Shown: positions 32,120 through 42,477 of the stretch, piece after piece | Layout: every line of letters starts with the position of its first letter | How positions within the stretch are numbered: position 1 is the first letter of the stretch | Source of the DNA: a candidate division FCPU426 bacterium | Lineage (GTDB): Bacteria > Oederibacteriota > Muellerivitia > Muellerivitales > Muellerivitaceae | Reading direction: 5' to 3' | Assembly: GCA_963738405.1 (NCBI GenBank) | Contig: CAVTWJ010000020.1 | Location: 32,001-96,000 of the forward strand | Length of the DNA: 64,000 bases | Program-made: the position numbers and the translations under genes | The notes under the pieces: generated by a model | Database searches by the model: none | Told to the model about the DNA's origin: nothing | Seen by the model: the letters and a program-made list of their open reading frames with translations, nothing else

Positions 32120-33145
32120 ATGAAACTTCGCCACGCCTTAACCGCTGTTATTTTCCTTTTGGGTTTCACAAATACAGCGAAGGCGGTGGGCCCCACTTAT
32201 GTTCGGGACGCGATCGCGGTTTCTACCGAATGGACCCAAGCCAACAGCCCCTACATACTTCAAAATGACATCGTGGTAAACAAGGGAGCGATCCTCACGA
32301 TTGACCCAGGGGTCACCGTTCAATTTATGGCGCCTACTACCGGCAAACCCGGTTCCGGACCCAACCTGGTGATACAGGGTGGATTACGGGCCGTTGGAAA
32401 TTCAGCGACCCCCATCTCGTTCGCCCCCGCGGTGACGGGTTCCCTTTGGGGAGCACTCTATTTCGCGGGTGCCGACTCCATTAATTCAATCCTCCAGGGA
32501 TGCTTGGTCAAGGGCGGGCGCATTATTTTTAACGACTGCTCGCCTACGATTACCCAATGCGCCATCTATGGCTCAAAAACCGGTGTGGAAGTTCTATCCA
32601 ATTCCCAGGCCCAGATCGTTGGGAACCGGATCACGGCCAATGGGGTTGGTATCGCCCTTTTATCCGACACGTCCAGCCCTGTTATTTCCAAGAATGAAAT
32701 TTACAACAATAATTTCGGGATTTACTTCAAGGACTTTGGGATGCCCATGATTTCCAACAATCAAATTTATAATAATTTAAAGTACAACATGGTCAATTAT
32801 TCGGCTAAAACTTTGGCGGTTCCCAATAACGATTTTCGTTTCGCGGACGCCCAGCAAATTATGCGGACCATTTATGACGGCGCCTACAACCCAAGCTACG
32901 GGCGGTTGAATTTCCTGCCCTATGTTGGAATGGCCGCCGGCCAAGCGGCTCCCGCCGTGGCTTCCGCCGCGGTAAGCCAGGCCCAACCCGAGGTTCAAGA
33001 GGAAGATTTCTGGAGTTATGGCCGGCCCTTCGATGCCATGAAGGTCAGCAACCTGGATTCCAAGAAACAAAAACCCTCGAGCGCCATCAAAATTCTTGCT
33101 GTCGGGGCCACGGCGGTTGTAACCGTCGTTCTCCTTTTCCTCTAG
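32120..33145 (+). CDS. Secreted right-handed parallel beta-helix protein with C-terminal hydrophobic tail
   Basis: Signal peptide; WTQANSPY..LTIDPGVTV; repeated I.NN.IY.N rungs; C-terminus AIKILAVGATAVVTVVLLFL. Confidence 0.8.
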   Translation: MKLRHALTAVIFLLGFTNTAKAVGPTYVRDAIAVSTEWTQANSPYILQNDIVVNKGAILTIDPGVTVQFMAPTTGKPGSGPNLVIQGGLRAVGNSATPISFAPAVTGSLWGALYFAGADSINSILQGCLVKGGRIIFNDCSPTITQCAIYGSKTGVEVLSNSQAQIVGNRITANGVGIALLSDTSSPVISKNEIYNNNFGIYFKDFGMPMISNNQIYNNLKYNMVNYSAKTLAVPNNDFRFADAQQIMRTIYDGAYNPSYGRLNFLPYVGMAAGQAAPAVASAAVSQAQPEVQEEDFWSYGRPFDAMKVSNLDSKKQKPSSAIKILAVGATAVVTVVLLFL

Positions 33146-33328
33146 CCCGCCCGATTCGCCTGGGCGTCTAAAAGACAGGCTTTTTCCTTTGGCCGGGAAG
33201 ACTCCCGGCCACCCCATAAAAAATGTGTAACAGAGGCGGGCGCATTGATCCTAACGCTGGTTTTAACCGTTGGTTTAAAACTAGTTTTGGATGAATAAAG
33301 AGAATTAATTCATTTTTTGGAATTCCAT

Positions 33329-33694
33329 ATGTACCTGGAAAAACGCAAAGAAAACAGGGTTCTATTATCCCTTCCCGTTCGGTTTAAAACATTCAATCTC
33401 GAGCGTCTGCCCGAGGAAGTGAAAGACGACCAGCTGGATCAAAAGGCCCAGATTCAGGATTTAAGTCTGGGGGGGCTCCAGGTGCTTTCGGCGGTCCGTT
33501 TAAACGAGGGGGATGTCTTGGAACTAGAAATGGATATCCCCGGCAAAAAAACAGCCCGGTCGGTGGCGAAGGTGATGTGGAGCCGGGAAGTGCCCCCGGG
33601 AGGGTCCTGGTATTGCGGAATCCATTTTATCCCGGTCAACGATGAGGATTTGTCGGACGTGCGTGATTTTTTTGAGTCCGGAAAAGGTGTTTGA
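33329..33694 (+). CDS. PilZ-domain protein
   Basis: RKENR (RxxxR), DLSLGG, AKVMW, GIHF. Confidence 0.88.
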   Translation: MYLEKRKENRVLLSLPVRFKTFNLERLPEEVKDDQLDQKAQIQDLSLGGLQVLSAVRLNEGDVLELEMDIPGKKTARSVAKVMWSREVPPGGSWYCGIHFIPVNDEDLSDVRDFFESGKGV

Positions 33695-34068
33695 TGTTCT
33701 CTCCCTCGGAAAAACCCAGGGCTATTCGGGTTCCAGTCCGCATCCCCATGAGGGTGCGCTTGTTGAGCTCGCCGATGGGGGAAAAGCCCGAGCTTGAACT
33801 TCACAATGGGAATAATTTGATGTCCAACCTGAGCCGGTCCGGTTTTTTCCTTTCCACCAAGAATTTTTTTGAGATAGGGTCCCATTTAGAGGTGGAATTC
33901 CCATTGGAAAACCTGGAAGAGGTGCTTCGAGCCGAAGTGGCGGTGGTTCGGGCCAACCATCAAAATTTCCCCAATCAGGGGCGCTTCGAATATGGTTTGA
34001 AGTTTTCAGGGATGCACCCCCATTTCCGGGAAGTCTTGAACAGTTATTTGACCGTTTTTGGGGCGTAA
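33694..34068 (+). CDS. PilZ-domain protein with atypical first motif
   Basis: NLSRSG, AVVR, YGLKF; RAIR in place of RxxxR; TGATG overlap with the upstream gene. Confidence 0.8.
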   Translation: MFSPSEKPRAIRVPVRIPMRVRLLSSPMGEKPELELHNGNNLMSNLSRSGFFLSTKNFFEIGSHLEVEFPLENLEEVLRAEVAVVRANHQNFPNQGRFEYGLKFSGMHPHFREVLNSYLTVFGA

Positions 34069-34103
34069 AAACGGCGATTCAGTCGCCGAAAGGCATCCTT
34101 TCG

Positions 34104-34132
34104 TTGCCTGCCGATACCCCCCGTGCTAGAAT
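34104..34132 (+). promoter_or_regulatory. Sigma70-like (extended -10) promoter of the skp-lpx operon
   Basis: TTGCCT-N17-TAGAAT with TGn before -10. Confidence 0.5.
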
Positions 34133-34162
34133 CCAGCCTTAATTTTTTCACAAGGAGATTCC

Positions 34163-34681
34163 ATGCGTTTCATTTCGATGTTTTTAGCCGCTTTCCTCGC
34201 AGCTGGTTTGTCTTTCGCTGGAGATGTCAAAATCGCGACTGTCGATCTGTCCAAACTTCTAAAGGATTATCCCGGAAGCCAAAAGGCGATGGATAAGCTT
34301 CAGGACATTGGCAAAAAGAAATACAAAGAATTGGTCCCGATGCAGGATGAGTTGAAGGATATTCAAAACGAGCTTCAAAACAACAGCTCGGTTCTTTCCA
34401 AAAAGGATAAGGAACAAAAGAAGGAGTTGCTGGAGATGAAATACGAGCAATTCCAGAAGGCCAAGTCCCAGGTGGATGTGGAGATCCAGGGCAAAGAGGA
34501 TGAGATGACCCAGGAAGTGCTGGGTGAAATCAAGGATATCGTCGGTAGCGTGGCCAAGGACAAGGGTTACGATTTGGTGATGGACGCCAAAACCACGGCC
34601 TATGCCAAGGGCGGGGTGGATTTAACGGACGAGATCGAAAAAGACTCCAAGTTTACGGCCGACAAGGCGGACTCCAAGTAA
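34163..34681 (+). CDS. skp: OmpH/Skp periplasmic chaperone
   Basis: Signal peptide, KIATVD, coiled coil, VAKDKGYDLV...DLTDEI; upstream of lpxD. Confidence 0.9.
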   Translation: MRFISMFLAAFLAAGLSFAGDVKIATVDLSKLLKDYPGSQKAMDKLQDIGKKKYKELVPMQDELKDIQNELQNNSSVLSKKDKEQKKELLEMKYEQFQKAKSQVDVEIQGKEDEMTQEVLGEIKDIVGSVAKDKGYDLVMDAKTTAYAKGGVDLTDEIEKDSKFTADKADSK

Positions 34682-34703
34682 ACGGGGAGGGTAGGGATAT
34701 TCC

Positions 34704-35741
34704 ATGGCTTTATCCTTCACCCTTGAGCAATTAGCAAAAGAAATTGGGGCGGCCTTCACGGGAGATGGTTCCATCTCCCTTCATGGTTTGGCTCCCCTGG
34801 ATTCGGCGCAGGAGGGATATTTATCCTTCCTGACGAATCTGAAATACTCAAAACTGGCTGAGACCACCCGGGCCTCAGCCATTCTTTTAGAAAAACCCCT
34901 CGCGGGCGTTTCAAAGCCGTTCCTCCTCATCCCTAACCCCTACGCGAAACTTCCCAGACTCATCCAAATGTTTTATCCCCCTTCTCCTCAAGAACCGGGG
35001 ATTCAAGAAGGGGCCTGGGTTCATCCGAAAGCGACGGTGGATCCCTCCGCTACCCTCTATCCCGGAGTCGTAGTGGCCGCGGGGGCCAAGGTGGGAGCCC
35101 GAAGCTTGCTTTATCCAGGGGTTTTCCTTGGGCAGGACGCTCAGGTAGGTGAGGATTGCATCCTTTATTCCAACGTTACCGTGCGGGATAGATGCCTGTT
35201 GGGAAACCGAGTGATCCTCCAGCCGGGGGTGGTCATCGGCGGGGATGGGTTTGGTTTCGCGCCGGATAAGGGAAGCTATGAGAAAATACCCCAGGTTGGG
35301 AATGTGGTTTTAGAGGATGATGTTGAATTGGGATCAAATACCTGTGTGGATCGTGCGGCCCTGGGTTCCACCCGTATCGGCAAGGGCACCAAACTGGACA
35401 ACCTGGTTCAGATTGGGCACAACGTGGTGATCGGTGAAAACACGATTATTGTTTCCCAGACCGGAATTTCGGGTTCTACCCAAATCGGCAACCATGTCGT
35501 CATGGGCGGCCAGGTGGGCTTGGCAGGCCACCTGAAGATCGGGGATCACGTGACCTTGGCCACGCGCACGGGGGTGATGGAAGACATCCCGGAAAAGGGC
35601 GTCTATTGGGGTTCGCCCTCCGGCCCCATGGCCGTTGAGATGAAAAATGTGGCGGCTTACCGTCAGCTTCCTGATATGGTTAAGCGCCTACGCCGGCTGG
35701 AAAAAGCCATCGAAAGAATTGAGAAGGGCGAAAAAGCATGA
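34704..35741 (+). CDS. lpxD: UDP-3-O-(3-hydroxyacyl)glucosamine N-acyltransferase
   Basis: Hexapeptide repeats, IGGDGFGF, KIPQVG, DNLVQIGHN. Confidence 0.96.
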   Translation: MALSFTLEQLAKEIGAAFTGDGSISLHGLAPLDSAQEGYLSFLTNLKYSKLAETTRASAILLEKPLAGVSKPFLLIPNPYAKLPRLIQMFYPPSPQEPGIQEGAWVHPKATVDPSATLYPGVVVAAGAKVGARSLLYPGVFLGQDAQVGEDCILYSNVTVRDRCLLGNRVILQPGVVIGGDGFGFAPDKGSYEKIPQVGNVVLEDDVELGSNTCVDRAALGSTRIGKGTKLDNLVQIGHNVVIGENTIIVSQTGISGSTQIGNHVVMGGQVGLAGHLKIGDHVTLATRTGVMEDIPEKGVYWGSPSGPMAVEMKNVAAYRQLPDMVKRLRRLEKAIERIEKGEKA

Positions 35742-37045
35742 GACCCCAGAGAACCCTTGCCAAGCCGGCTCGGTTCGAGGGCCGGGGCCTGCATACCGGT
35801 AAAACCGCCCAAATTACGGTCTTGCCGGCCCCGGAAGATTCCGGCATATCCTTCTATCGGACCGATCTTCAGGCTCTTATCCCCCTGACCCCCATGGGAG
35901 TTACCAGCACCGCGAGGGGAACCACCTTGAGCGGCGAAAAGGGGGCCAGCGTCCATACCGTGGAACATCTTCTTTCGGCGGTCAAGGGGATGTTTTTGGA
36001 CAACCTAACGATTGAGATTGATTCGGAGGAAGTGCCGATTATGGACGGCAGCGCGGAGCCCTTTTACCGCGGGATGGAAGCCAGCGGTGTGGTGGATCAG
36101 TCGAAAATGACGGACCCGATAAGGGTCACGGAACCTTTTGAGATGTCCTTTGGTGATATTCAAGTGATGGCGGAGCCCGCTGATGAATTGGAATTGAATT
36201 GCCATGTTTCCTTTCCTTCGCCGGGGCTGGAAAACCAATTTTTTCGTTTCCGTCTCGAAAAGGGATCCTTTGAAAGCCAGTTATCCCGCGCCCGAACCTT
36301 TTGTTTTGAGGAAGAGGTGGAGGCGCTCCGCCGACAAGGATTGATCAAAGGCGGGGACTTAAACTGCGCCCTGGTCATCGGTAAAACCGGGATTTTGAAC
36401 CCACCGCTTCGTTTTGAGGACGAGATCGTGCGCCACAAAACGCTCGACCTCCTGGGCGATTTGGCGTTGTTGAATAGGCCCCTTCTGGCCAAGATTACGG
36501 TTAAAAAGGCCGGCCATCGGTATCACGTGGAGCTGGCGAAGGCTATTTTCCAAAAATTCGGCAAGGGACAGGAAGCGTCCGGCGCCCCTAAGGGAGAAGC
36601 GAAGATGCTCAATATTATGGCGATTCAAAAGGCCCTGCCGCACCGGTATCCTTTCCTTCTGATTGATCGGGTGTTGGAACTGGAAGAAAAAAGGGTTGTG
36701 GCGATCAAGAATGTGAGCATCAACGAACCCTTTTTCCAGGGGCATTTTCCGGGACACCCCATCATGCCGGGCGTGCTGGTCATCGAGGCGATGGCCCAAG
36801 CGGGAGGGATGATTTTTCTTCATAACAGCGACGGCAAGAAAATCCTTTATCTGGCGGCGGTGGACAAGGCGAAATTCCGAAAACCCGTCGTTCCGGGGGA
36901 TCAAATCCGCTTCGAGGTCGAGGTGCTGGTGTTGAAATCCAAAGTCGGAAAAATAGCGGGCAAGGCCATTATTGACGGGAAAGTGGCGGTTCAAGCTGAA
37001 CTCACCTGTGCCATCGTGGACAGGGACGAAATACCCCAGGAATAA
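35738..37045 (+). CDS. lpxC/fabZ: Bifunctional LpxC-FabZ fusion
   Basis: Lpx[30 protein letters not shown]. Fab[30 protein letters not shown]. One continuous frame. Confidence 0.95.
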   Translation: MRPQRTLAKPARFEGRGLHTGKTAQITVLPAPEDSGISFYRTDLQALIPLTPMGVTSTARGTTLSGEKGASVHTVEHLLSAVKGMFLDNLTIEIDSEEVPIMDGSAEPFYRGMEASGVVDQSKMTDPIRVTEPFEMSFGDIQVMAEPADELELNCHVSFPSPGLENQFFRFRLEKGSFESQLSRARTFCFEEEVEALRRQGLIKGGDLNCALVIGKTGILNPPLRFEDEIVRHKTLDLLGDLALLNRPLLAKITVKKAGHRYHVELAKAIFQKFGKGQEASGAPKGEAKMLNIMAIQKALPHRYPFLLIDRVLELEEKRVVAIKNVSINEPFFQGHFPGHPIMPGVLVIEAMAQAGGMIFLHNSDGKKILYLAAVDKAKFRKPVVPGDQIRFEVEVLVLKSKVGKIAGKAIIDGKVAVQAELTCAIVDRDEIPQE

Positions 37046-37048
37046 ACC

Positions 37049-37834
37049 ATGGCCGATCCGCAAACTGAAATTCACCCGACCGCCCTTGTTCACCCAAAGG
37101 CCCAGTTAGGATCGGGCGTGAAGGTGGGACCCTACGCCATCGTTGATGAACATGTGAAAATAGGGGATGGAACCACGATTGGGCCCCATGCCATTGTTAC
37201 AGGCAGGACCACCCTAGGGCGAAAAAACCGAGTTTTTTCCGGCGCGGTGATTGGAAGCGAACCCCAGGACGTGAAATTTCATGGGGAAGAAACCTTTCTG
37301 GTCATTGGCGATGAAAACCTCTTTCGGGAACATGTCACGGTCAACCCCGGGACGGGAGAGGGCAGCAAGACGGTTATCGGCGACGACAATTGGTTTATGA
37401 TTCAAACGCATGTGGGCCATAACTGCGTTATTGGAAGCCATAATAAGCTGGCGAATTTGGCCACCCTGGGAGGCCATGTGGTCATTGAAGACTATGCCAC
37501 CATCGGGGGCGTGACCCCGGTTCATCAGTTCTGCCGGGTGGGTTGTTACGCCATGATCGGCGGGGGATTCCGCGCCGTCCAAGACGTCGTTCCCTACATG
37601 ATCGCCGGGGACGAACCTCTCAGAATCCATGGGATCAACCAGGTGGGTTTGGAACGCAACGGGTTTACGAAAGAAACGATCGAAGTTCTCAAGAAGGCCC
37701 ATAAGGTCATTTTTCGAAACAACCTCATCCTGAAGGAGGCCCTAAAGGCCCTCCAAGAGGATTTTCCACAACTGCCTGAAATCAAGCACTTGATCGAATT
37801 CCTTGGCTCCTCCCAACGCGGCATTGTCCGTTAA
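37049..37834 (+). CDS. lpxA: UDP-N-acetylglucosamine acyltransferase
   Basis: IHPTALV, PQDVKF, HVGHNC, LGGHV, VHQFCRVG, QDVVPY. Confidence 0.96.
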   Translation: MADPQTEIHPTALVHPKAQLGSGVKVGPYAIVDEHVKIGDGTTIGPHAIVTGRTTLGRKNRVFSGAVIGSEPQDVKFHGEETFLVIGDENLFREHVTVNPGTGEGSKTVIGDDNWFMIQTHVGHNCVIGSHNKLANLATLGGHVVIEDYATIGGVTPVHQFCRVGCYAMIGGGFRAVQDVVPYMIAGDEPLRIHGINQVGLERNGFTKETIEVLKKAHKVIFRNNLILKEALKALQEDFPQLPEIKHLIEFLGSSQRGIVR

Positions 37835-37837
37835 GCC

Positions 37838-38647
37838 GTGAAATCCATCGAACCCATCGGTTTGGTCGCAGGAGCGGGCGGTCTTCCTCTTTACTTCGCG
37901 CAAGCGGCTCAAAAGAATGCCCAGCCCCTTTATCTGTTCGCAATCAAGAATGCGGCTGACCCCCGGCTAGAAGCTTTTTCCGAGGAAACCCGATGGGCTT
38001 CTCCCGGCCAGGTCGGATCCCTGATTTCCTTTTTTAAAATAAATAACGTCCATCAATTGGTTTTTCACGGCAAGGTTCAACATGCGTCTTTTTTTAAAAA
38101 CATCCGCTTGGATTGGAAAGGACTTTCTCTTTGGTCCAAATCGGCGGACAGGTCCGGGCCGGGATTGCTGAAAAGGCTTGGTGAGGAACTTGAAAAAGAA
38201 GGTCTGCGGGTTTTGGATGGCCGATACGAAATGGGTGATCTGTTGGTGAAAAAGGGATTTTTGACCCGAACCCGACCTCCGAAAAATGCAATTCCACATT
38301 TAGATAAAGGGCTTGGTCAAGCACGGGCCCTCGCCAAACTGGGGATTGGACAGTCCATTGTGATCAAATCCGGGGCTGTGGCGGCCGTGGAGGCCATGGA
38401 AGGCACGGACGAAACCCTTTTACGGGCGGGGAAATTGTCGGGCAAGGGAACGGTTTTGGTAAAGACGGCCAGCCCGAATCAAGATTGGCGCTTTGATGTT
38501 CCGACCATCGGGTTGGAGACCCTTCAAAATCTCGCGAAGATCAAAGCTTCGGGTTTGGTTATGGAAGCTGGAAGAAGCTTTCTTTTGGACAAAGAAAAAA
38601 CCCTGCAATTTGCCGAGTCTAAAAAAATATTCATTTTTGCAGTCTGA
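37838..38647 (+). CDS. lpxI: UDP-2,3-diacylglucosamine hydrolase LpxI family
   Basis: IGLVAGAGGLP, IGQSIV, AVEAMEGTD, QDWRFDVPTIG; directly after lpxA. Confidence 0.9.
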   Translation: MKSIEPIGLVAGAGGLPLYFAQAAQKNAQPLYLFAIKNAADPRLEAFSEETRWASPGQVGSLISFFKINNVHQLVFHGKVQHASFFKNIRLDWKGLSLWSKSADRSGPGLLKRLGEELEKEGLRVLDGRYEMGDLLVKKGFLTRTRPPKNAIPHLDKGLGQARALAKLGIGQSIVIKSGAVAAVEAMEGTDETLLRAGKLSGKGTVLVKTASPNQDWRFDVPTIGLETLQNLAKIKASGLVMEAGRSFLLDKEKTLQFAESKKIFIFAV

Positions 38648-38722
38648 GAAAAATCGGGTAAAAGTCAGTTTTGGGGAATTGGAAGAAGCCCTTTTTCTCT
38701 TAAGGGTTCCAACGGTATTCGG

Positions 38723-39811
38723 TTATTGGTTTCGCCTTAAGATCAGCACCGGTCCCATGATTCCAAAAACCAGATTGATGCTCCAAATCGCTATAAAGGG
38801 GGGGACCACCCCCGAGTCCCCGAGGGTGTGACCGATCTGCATCCCGCCGATGTAAGCCAGACCCACCAAAAGACAAATCCCGAAACTGGCAACCACCCCG
38901 CTGTATTTGCCCATGGACCAGCCCCATGGAACTCCCAGGAGAGCTAAGATCAAGCATCCGAATGGAAAGGCCAGCTTGTTGTGCAGTTCCACTAGTTCTT
39001 TGTGGCAATCCAATCCGTTGCGTTTCAATTGCTGAATATGGACGGCCAGCTCGGCGATGGATAATTCGGATGCGTCTTTTTGATCCTTCATGAAATCGGA
39101 TGGTTTTTCGGGCAAATCCATCGAGGTTTGGTCGAAAGATTGCGCTGAAATTTCGTCATCGTTTCCGTTAAAGGTTCGAAGGTAGCCGTTTGTGAAAATC
39201 CATTTGCCGTCCTGGTAATGGGCGCTTGCCGCGTCAAGCCGTGATTTTAAGTGAGACGCGTTATCGAACTGAAGAATCAACACATCTGTCATTTGGTTCT
39301 TAGAACCATCGAAGGTGCCAATGTGGTAGAGGGCGTTTTCCCCGCCCCTGAGGGATAGGTTTTGTTTGAAGGTTTCCATGGAGGCTTCGGTTTTATGCTC
39401 AATCTCGACCTCTTTCGTTTGGCGCTCCATTTGATTGGCCTTCGGCACCACCACTTCCGAAAAAAGAAGGCTGCCGATACAAATGGCGATTCCCATGAAG
39501 AAAAAGGGTATGGCGGCATGGTAGATGCTGGCCCCGCCGGCTCTCATGGCGATCAGTTCGCTGGTTTTGGCCAAACCGCCCAGTGAGATAAGGACCGCGA
39601 AAAGAACGGCCAGGGGGAAAATCATCTGTATCAGCGATGGAACCTGGAAAATGAAATATTTGAAAGTGAGCCAAAGGCCTGGGTGGGAATTCAGTATAAA
39701 GTTGATATCTTCCAATACTTTCGCGATCAAGATCAGAACCGTGAACCCGGTGAGCGCCAGGAAGAGCCAGATTAAAAATTGATGAAGGATATATCGGGTA
39801 AGGATTTTCAA
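38723..39811 (-). CDS. lptG: LPS export permease, LptG-like (LptF/G family)
   Basis: MKILTRYI, SELIAMRAGG, 3+3 TM arrangement around a periplasmic domain. Confidence 0.85.
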   Translation of the reverse strand: MKILTRYILHQFLIWLFLALTGFTVLILIAKVLEDINFILNSHPGLWLTFKYFIFQVPSLIQMIFPLAVLFAVLISLGGLAKTSELIAMRAGGASIYHAAIPFFFMGIAICIGSLLFSEVVVPKANQMERQTKEVEIEHKTEASMETFKQNLSLRGGENALYHIGTFDGSKNQMTDVLILQFDNASHLKSRLDAASAHYQDGKWIFTNGYLRTFNGNDDEISAQSFDQTSMDLPEKPSDFMKDQKDASELSIAELAVHIQQLKRNGLDCHKELVELHNKLAFPFGCLILALLGVPWGWSMGKYSGVVASFGICLLVGLAYIGGMQIGHTLGDSGVVPPFIAIWSINLVFGIMGPVLILRRNQ

Positions 39812-39815
39812 TGAC

Positions 39816-40979
39816 TTAATGTCCCTTTTTTAAATGCTTTTTTTGACGGCCCCGGTTCGGTGAGGCTTGCGCCCGGAAAGCGGATTGCTCTGAAACAACC
39901 AAGTAATAGATAAAAAAGCCCGCCCCGACTAAGAGGATATTGCCGCCCCAAATTCCGGTCATGAGGCTGATGTAATCCTTTTGGGCCAAAATATCCCCCA
40001 AGGTAAACATGAGGTAATAGACGAAGATCATGACGAGTCCAAGAACAAATCCGATAAAACCCTTGGACCGGATCCACAGGCCCAGGGGAGCGCAAAACCA
40101 GGTGAGCGCAAGGCAGGCAAAGGGCAGGGAAAGGCGTTTTTGGTACTCCATTTGCATCCGCTTTTTTAGGACCGGGTCCGGGGTGGTGTCGATGGAGCGT
40201 CCTAATTCACTTAAATCTTGATCTTCATATTCCTTTTTAACGTCCGACATTTGGGCGAGTTGATTTTCCAAATTGAGGCGGATGATGTAGCGGTCAAAGT
40301 AGAGTCGGTTGTAGGTTTGCCCATTGGTGTTGACCCAGGTCATCAAACCATCGTCCAATTGAAATGACATCTGCTGGGTTTTGGGGTTCGGGACAAGGAG
40401 GCCATGCTGGGCCAGGGTGGTTTGGACAGGCGCGTGGGGTGAAACACGGTTGAACATATGCACGTTGGCGAAGGTGCCGTTGGGGGCGAGTTGGTCAATG
40501 TAAAACTGGTACCCCTCAAAAAGATCGATGAATACTTTTTCTTTGATGGCCATGTCGGCGCGGTTTTGAAGGATTTTGAAATGGATTTTCTTAAAGGTGA
40601 AGTTGGCCGCGGGAAGCAGCTTGTCGTTGAAGAATATCAGCAGACAAGTTAAGAGGGCTCCGAAAACCAGCAGGGGAAGAATTAAGCGGAACAAGTGAAC
40701 CCCCGCGCTTTTGAAGGCTGTCACTTCCATATCCGAGCTCATTCGGCCGAAGGCCAAGAGGGTCGCCATCATCAGGGACATGGGGACGGTGGTTGAAAAA
40801 ACGAATGGAACCAAACTGAGATAAAGCAACAGGGTATCGCCAAGAGGGGCTTGTTTATTGATCACCAGATCCAGAAGGACAAATACTTTATTGGTCATGA
40901 AAAGAAGAGTGAGGATGGTCACGCTTAATGCGAATGGAGGCAGGGTTTCCAATAAGACATAACGATAAACGGTCTTCAA
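39816..40979 (-). CDS. lptF: LPS export permease, LptF-like (LptF/G family); TTG start at 40979 preferred over 41081
   Basis: YRYVLLE...FGRMSSDMEVTAFKSAG, EYQKRLSLPFAC. Confidence 0.85.
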   Translation of the reverse strand: MKTVYRYVLLETLPPFALSVTILTLLFMTNKVFVLLDLVINKQAPLGDTLLLYLSLVPFVFSTTVPMSLMMATLLAFGRMSSDMEVTAFKSAGVHLFRLILPLLVFGALLTCLLIFFNDKLLPAANFTFKKIHFKILQNRADMAIKEKVFIDLFEGYQFYIDQLAPNGTFANVHMFNRVSPHAPVQTTLAQHGLLVPNPKTQQMSFQLDDGLMTWVNTNGQTYNRLYFDRYIIRLNLENQLAQMSDVKKEYEDQDLSELGRSIDTTPDPVLKKRMQMEYQKRLSLPFACLALTWFCAPLGLWIRSKGFIGFVLGLVMIFVYYLMFTLGDILAQKDYISLMTGIWGGNILLVGAGFFIYYLVVSEQSAFRAQASPNRGRQKKHLKKGH

Positions 40980-41328
40980 AAAGGCACCTTTGGAGGAAGG
41001 CTCTCGATAAAAAGGCGCCTTCGGAATTGGAAAAGAATTGAGCGGGCCCTCCAAGAGGGGTCTCGAAGGGCAGTATAACATGCCGCAAGGATGGTGAACC
41101 GGATGAGGAGTTAGGCGTCCATTCGGGGCCGCTATCCGACGAATGGGTCGAAGTCAGCGGTTCTGAACCCGAGAGCAAGATATGCTTATATTATGTGAAA
41201 AGCTGGCGGCTTAAATCCTATCGAGGAAACGCCGGGGGGTTGTTATGATTTTTGCTCGGCATCGAGGAGATATTCCGGTTCAATGGACCGTGAAACCGCG
41301 CTTTTATTTCAAGGGTCTGGAAGAGTTC

Positions 41329-42477
41329 ATGAGTGAAGCCTGGAACCGTTTTTTTTCTCTCGACTTTGAGGAGCATTTTGCCCGTTCCTCGCTGAGATTG
41401 CTGGGGGTTTGGAACCCCCTTTGGACTTTCTTCGTGGGGCTTTTTTGGGGGGAGTGGGAGTTAGGTTCTTTTTTATTCCGCTGGGTCTGGGGGTTGGCCG
41501 AATCAACACTCGCCACCCTTGTCGCTTTACTGGTCATGGCACTATTCCGCTGGGCGGACCGCCGGGGATGGTGGAAAGCCCTGCCTTTCTTGGGACATCC
41601 TGGGGGCGGGCGGTATCTCATCCTCATGGCGGCCCTGGTTCCGCCTGGAATTATCCTGGCCCTGAGCGGAATGGTGGGGGCGATTAACCTGTTTTTTCCC
41701 GGGGATCCCATGGCCGCCCAATTCCACTGGGGCTATTACGGGAAGGGGGTTTTTGGCGGCTGGCTGTTGTTGCTGGTGTTTTTCCTTTTTAAATCCTGGC
41801 AGGACACGAGGGACGAGGCGAGGCTCAGTCAGTTGAGGGCCAGGGAATTGGAGAAAGAGCGTCTCCAAGCCCTATTGAACCAACTCAAGGATCAGATGAA
41901 CCCGCATTTCCTCTTTAATACGCTCAACACGGTCGCGGCGCTGATTCCTGAAAATCCCGCCAAGGCGGAACTGGTGGTGGTGAAACTTTCAACCCTCTTT
42001 CAGGGCATATTGGCCTCAACCCGCAGGACCCACCATCCTCTCGCCAAGGAATTGGAGTTTTGCGGGGATTACCTTGAGATTGAACAGGTTCGGTTTGGGA
42101 CCCGATTGAATTGGAAGGTGGAGCTGGACCCGAATTTGGACGCTCAAAAAATCGAGATTCCGGTGCTCTTACTTCAACCGATCGTCGAAAACGCCGTCAA
42201 ACACGGCCTTTCCTCCCTAGCGGCGGGCGGGACGGTTTGGATCAAGGCTTTGATCCATGAAGAATCATTGGAACTAACCGTTGAGGATGATGGCGTGGGT
42301 TTTGGGAAGTCGCCTTACTCAGGCTCCGGAACCGCCCTAGGCAATTGCCGTAAGCGGCTTGAACTCGCCTATGGCCCACAGGGCAGTTTGACGATTCAAA
42401 CGAGGGAAAGCGGCGGCACCCAAGTAACAATGAAATTGCCCGCCTTATCCGCGGGAAAGTTTGGAGGGGAAATATGA
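41329..42477 (+). CDS. LytS/YehU-type membrane sensor histidine kinase
   Basis: Multiple TMs; QMNPHFLFNTLN, LQPIVENAVKHG, DDGVG; start 41329 preferred (ORF track 41245). Confidence 0.93.
   Translation: MSEAWNRFFSLDFEEHFARSSLRLLGVWNPLWTFFVGLFWGEWELGSFLFRWVWGLAESTLATLVALLVMALFRWADRRGWWKALPFLGHPGGGRYLILMAALVPPGIILALSGMVGAINLFFPGDPMAAQFHWGYYGKGVFGGWLLLLVFFLFKSWQDTRDEARLSQLRARELEKERLQALLNQLKDQMNPHFLFNTLNTVAALIPENPAKAELVVVKLSTLFQGILASTRRTHHPLAKELEFCGDYLEIEQVRFGTRLNWKVELDPNLDAQKIEIPVLLLQPIVENAVKHGLSSLAAGGTVWIKALIHEESLELTVEDDGVGFGKSPYSGSGTALGNCRKRLELAYGPQGSLTIQTRESGGTQVTMKLPALSAGKFGGEI

Noticed and set aside
41093..41170. LytTR-type direct repeats (ggtgaaccg / gacgaatgg / tctgaaccc)
   Set aside because: Weak similarity and irregular spacing (45 and 24 nt); cannot be supported by eye.
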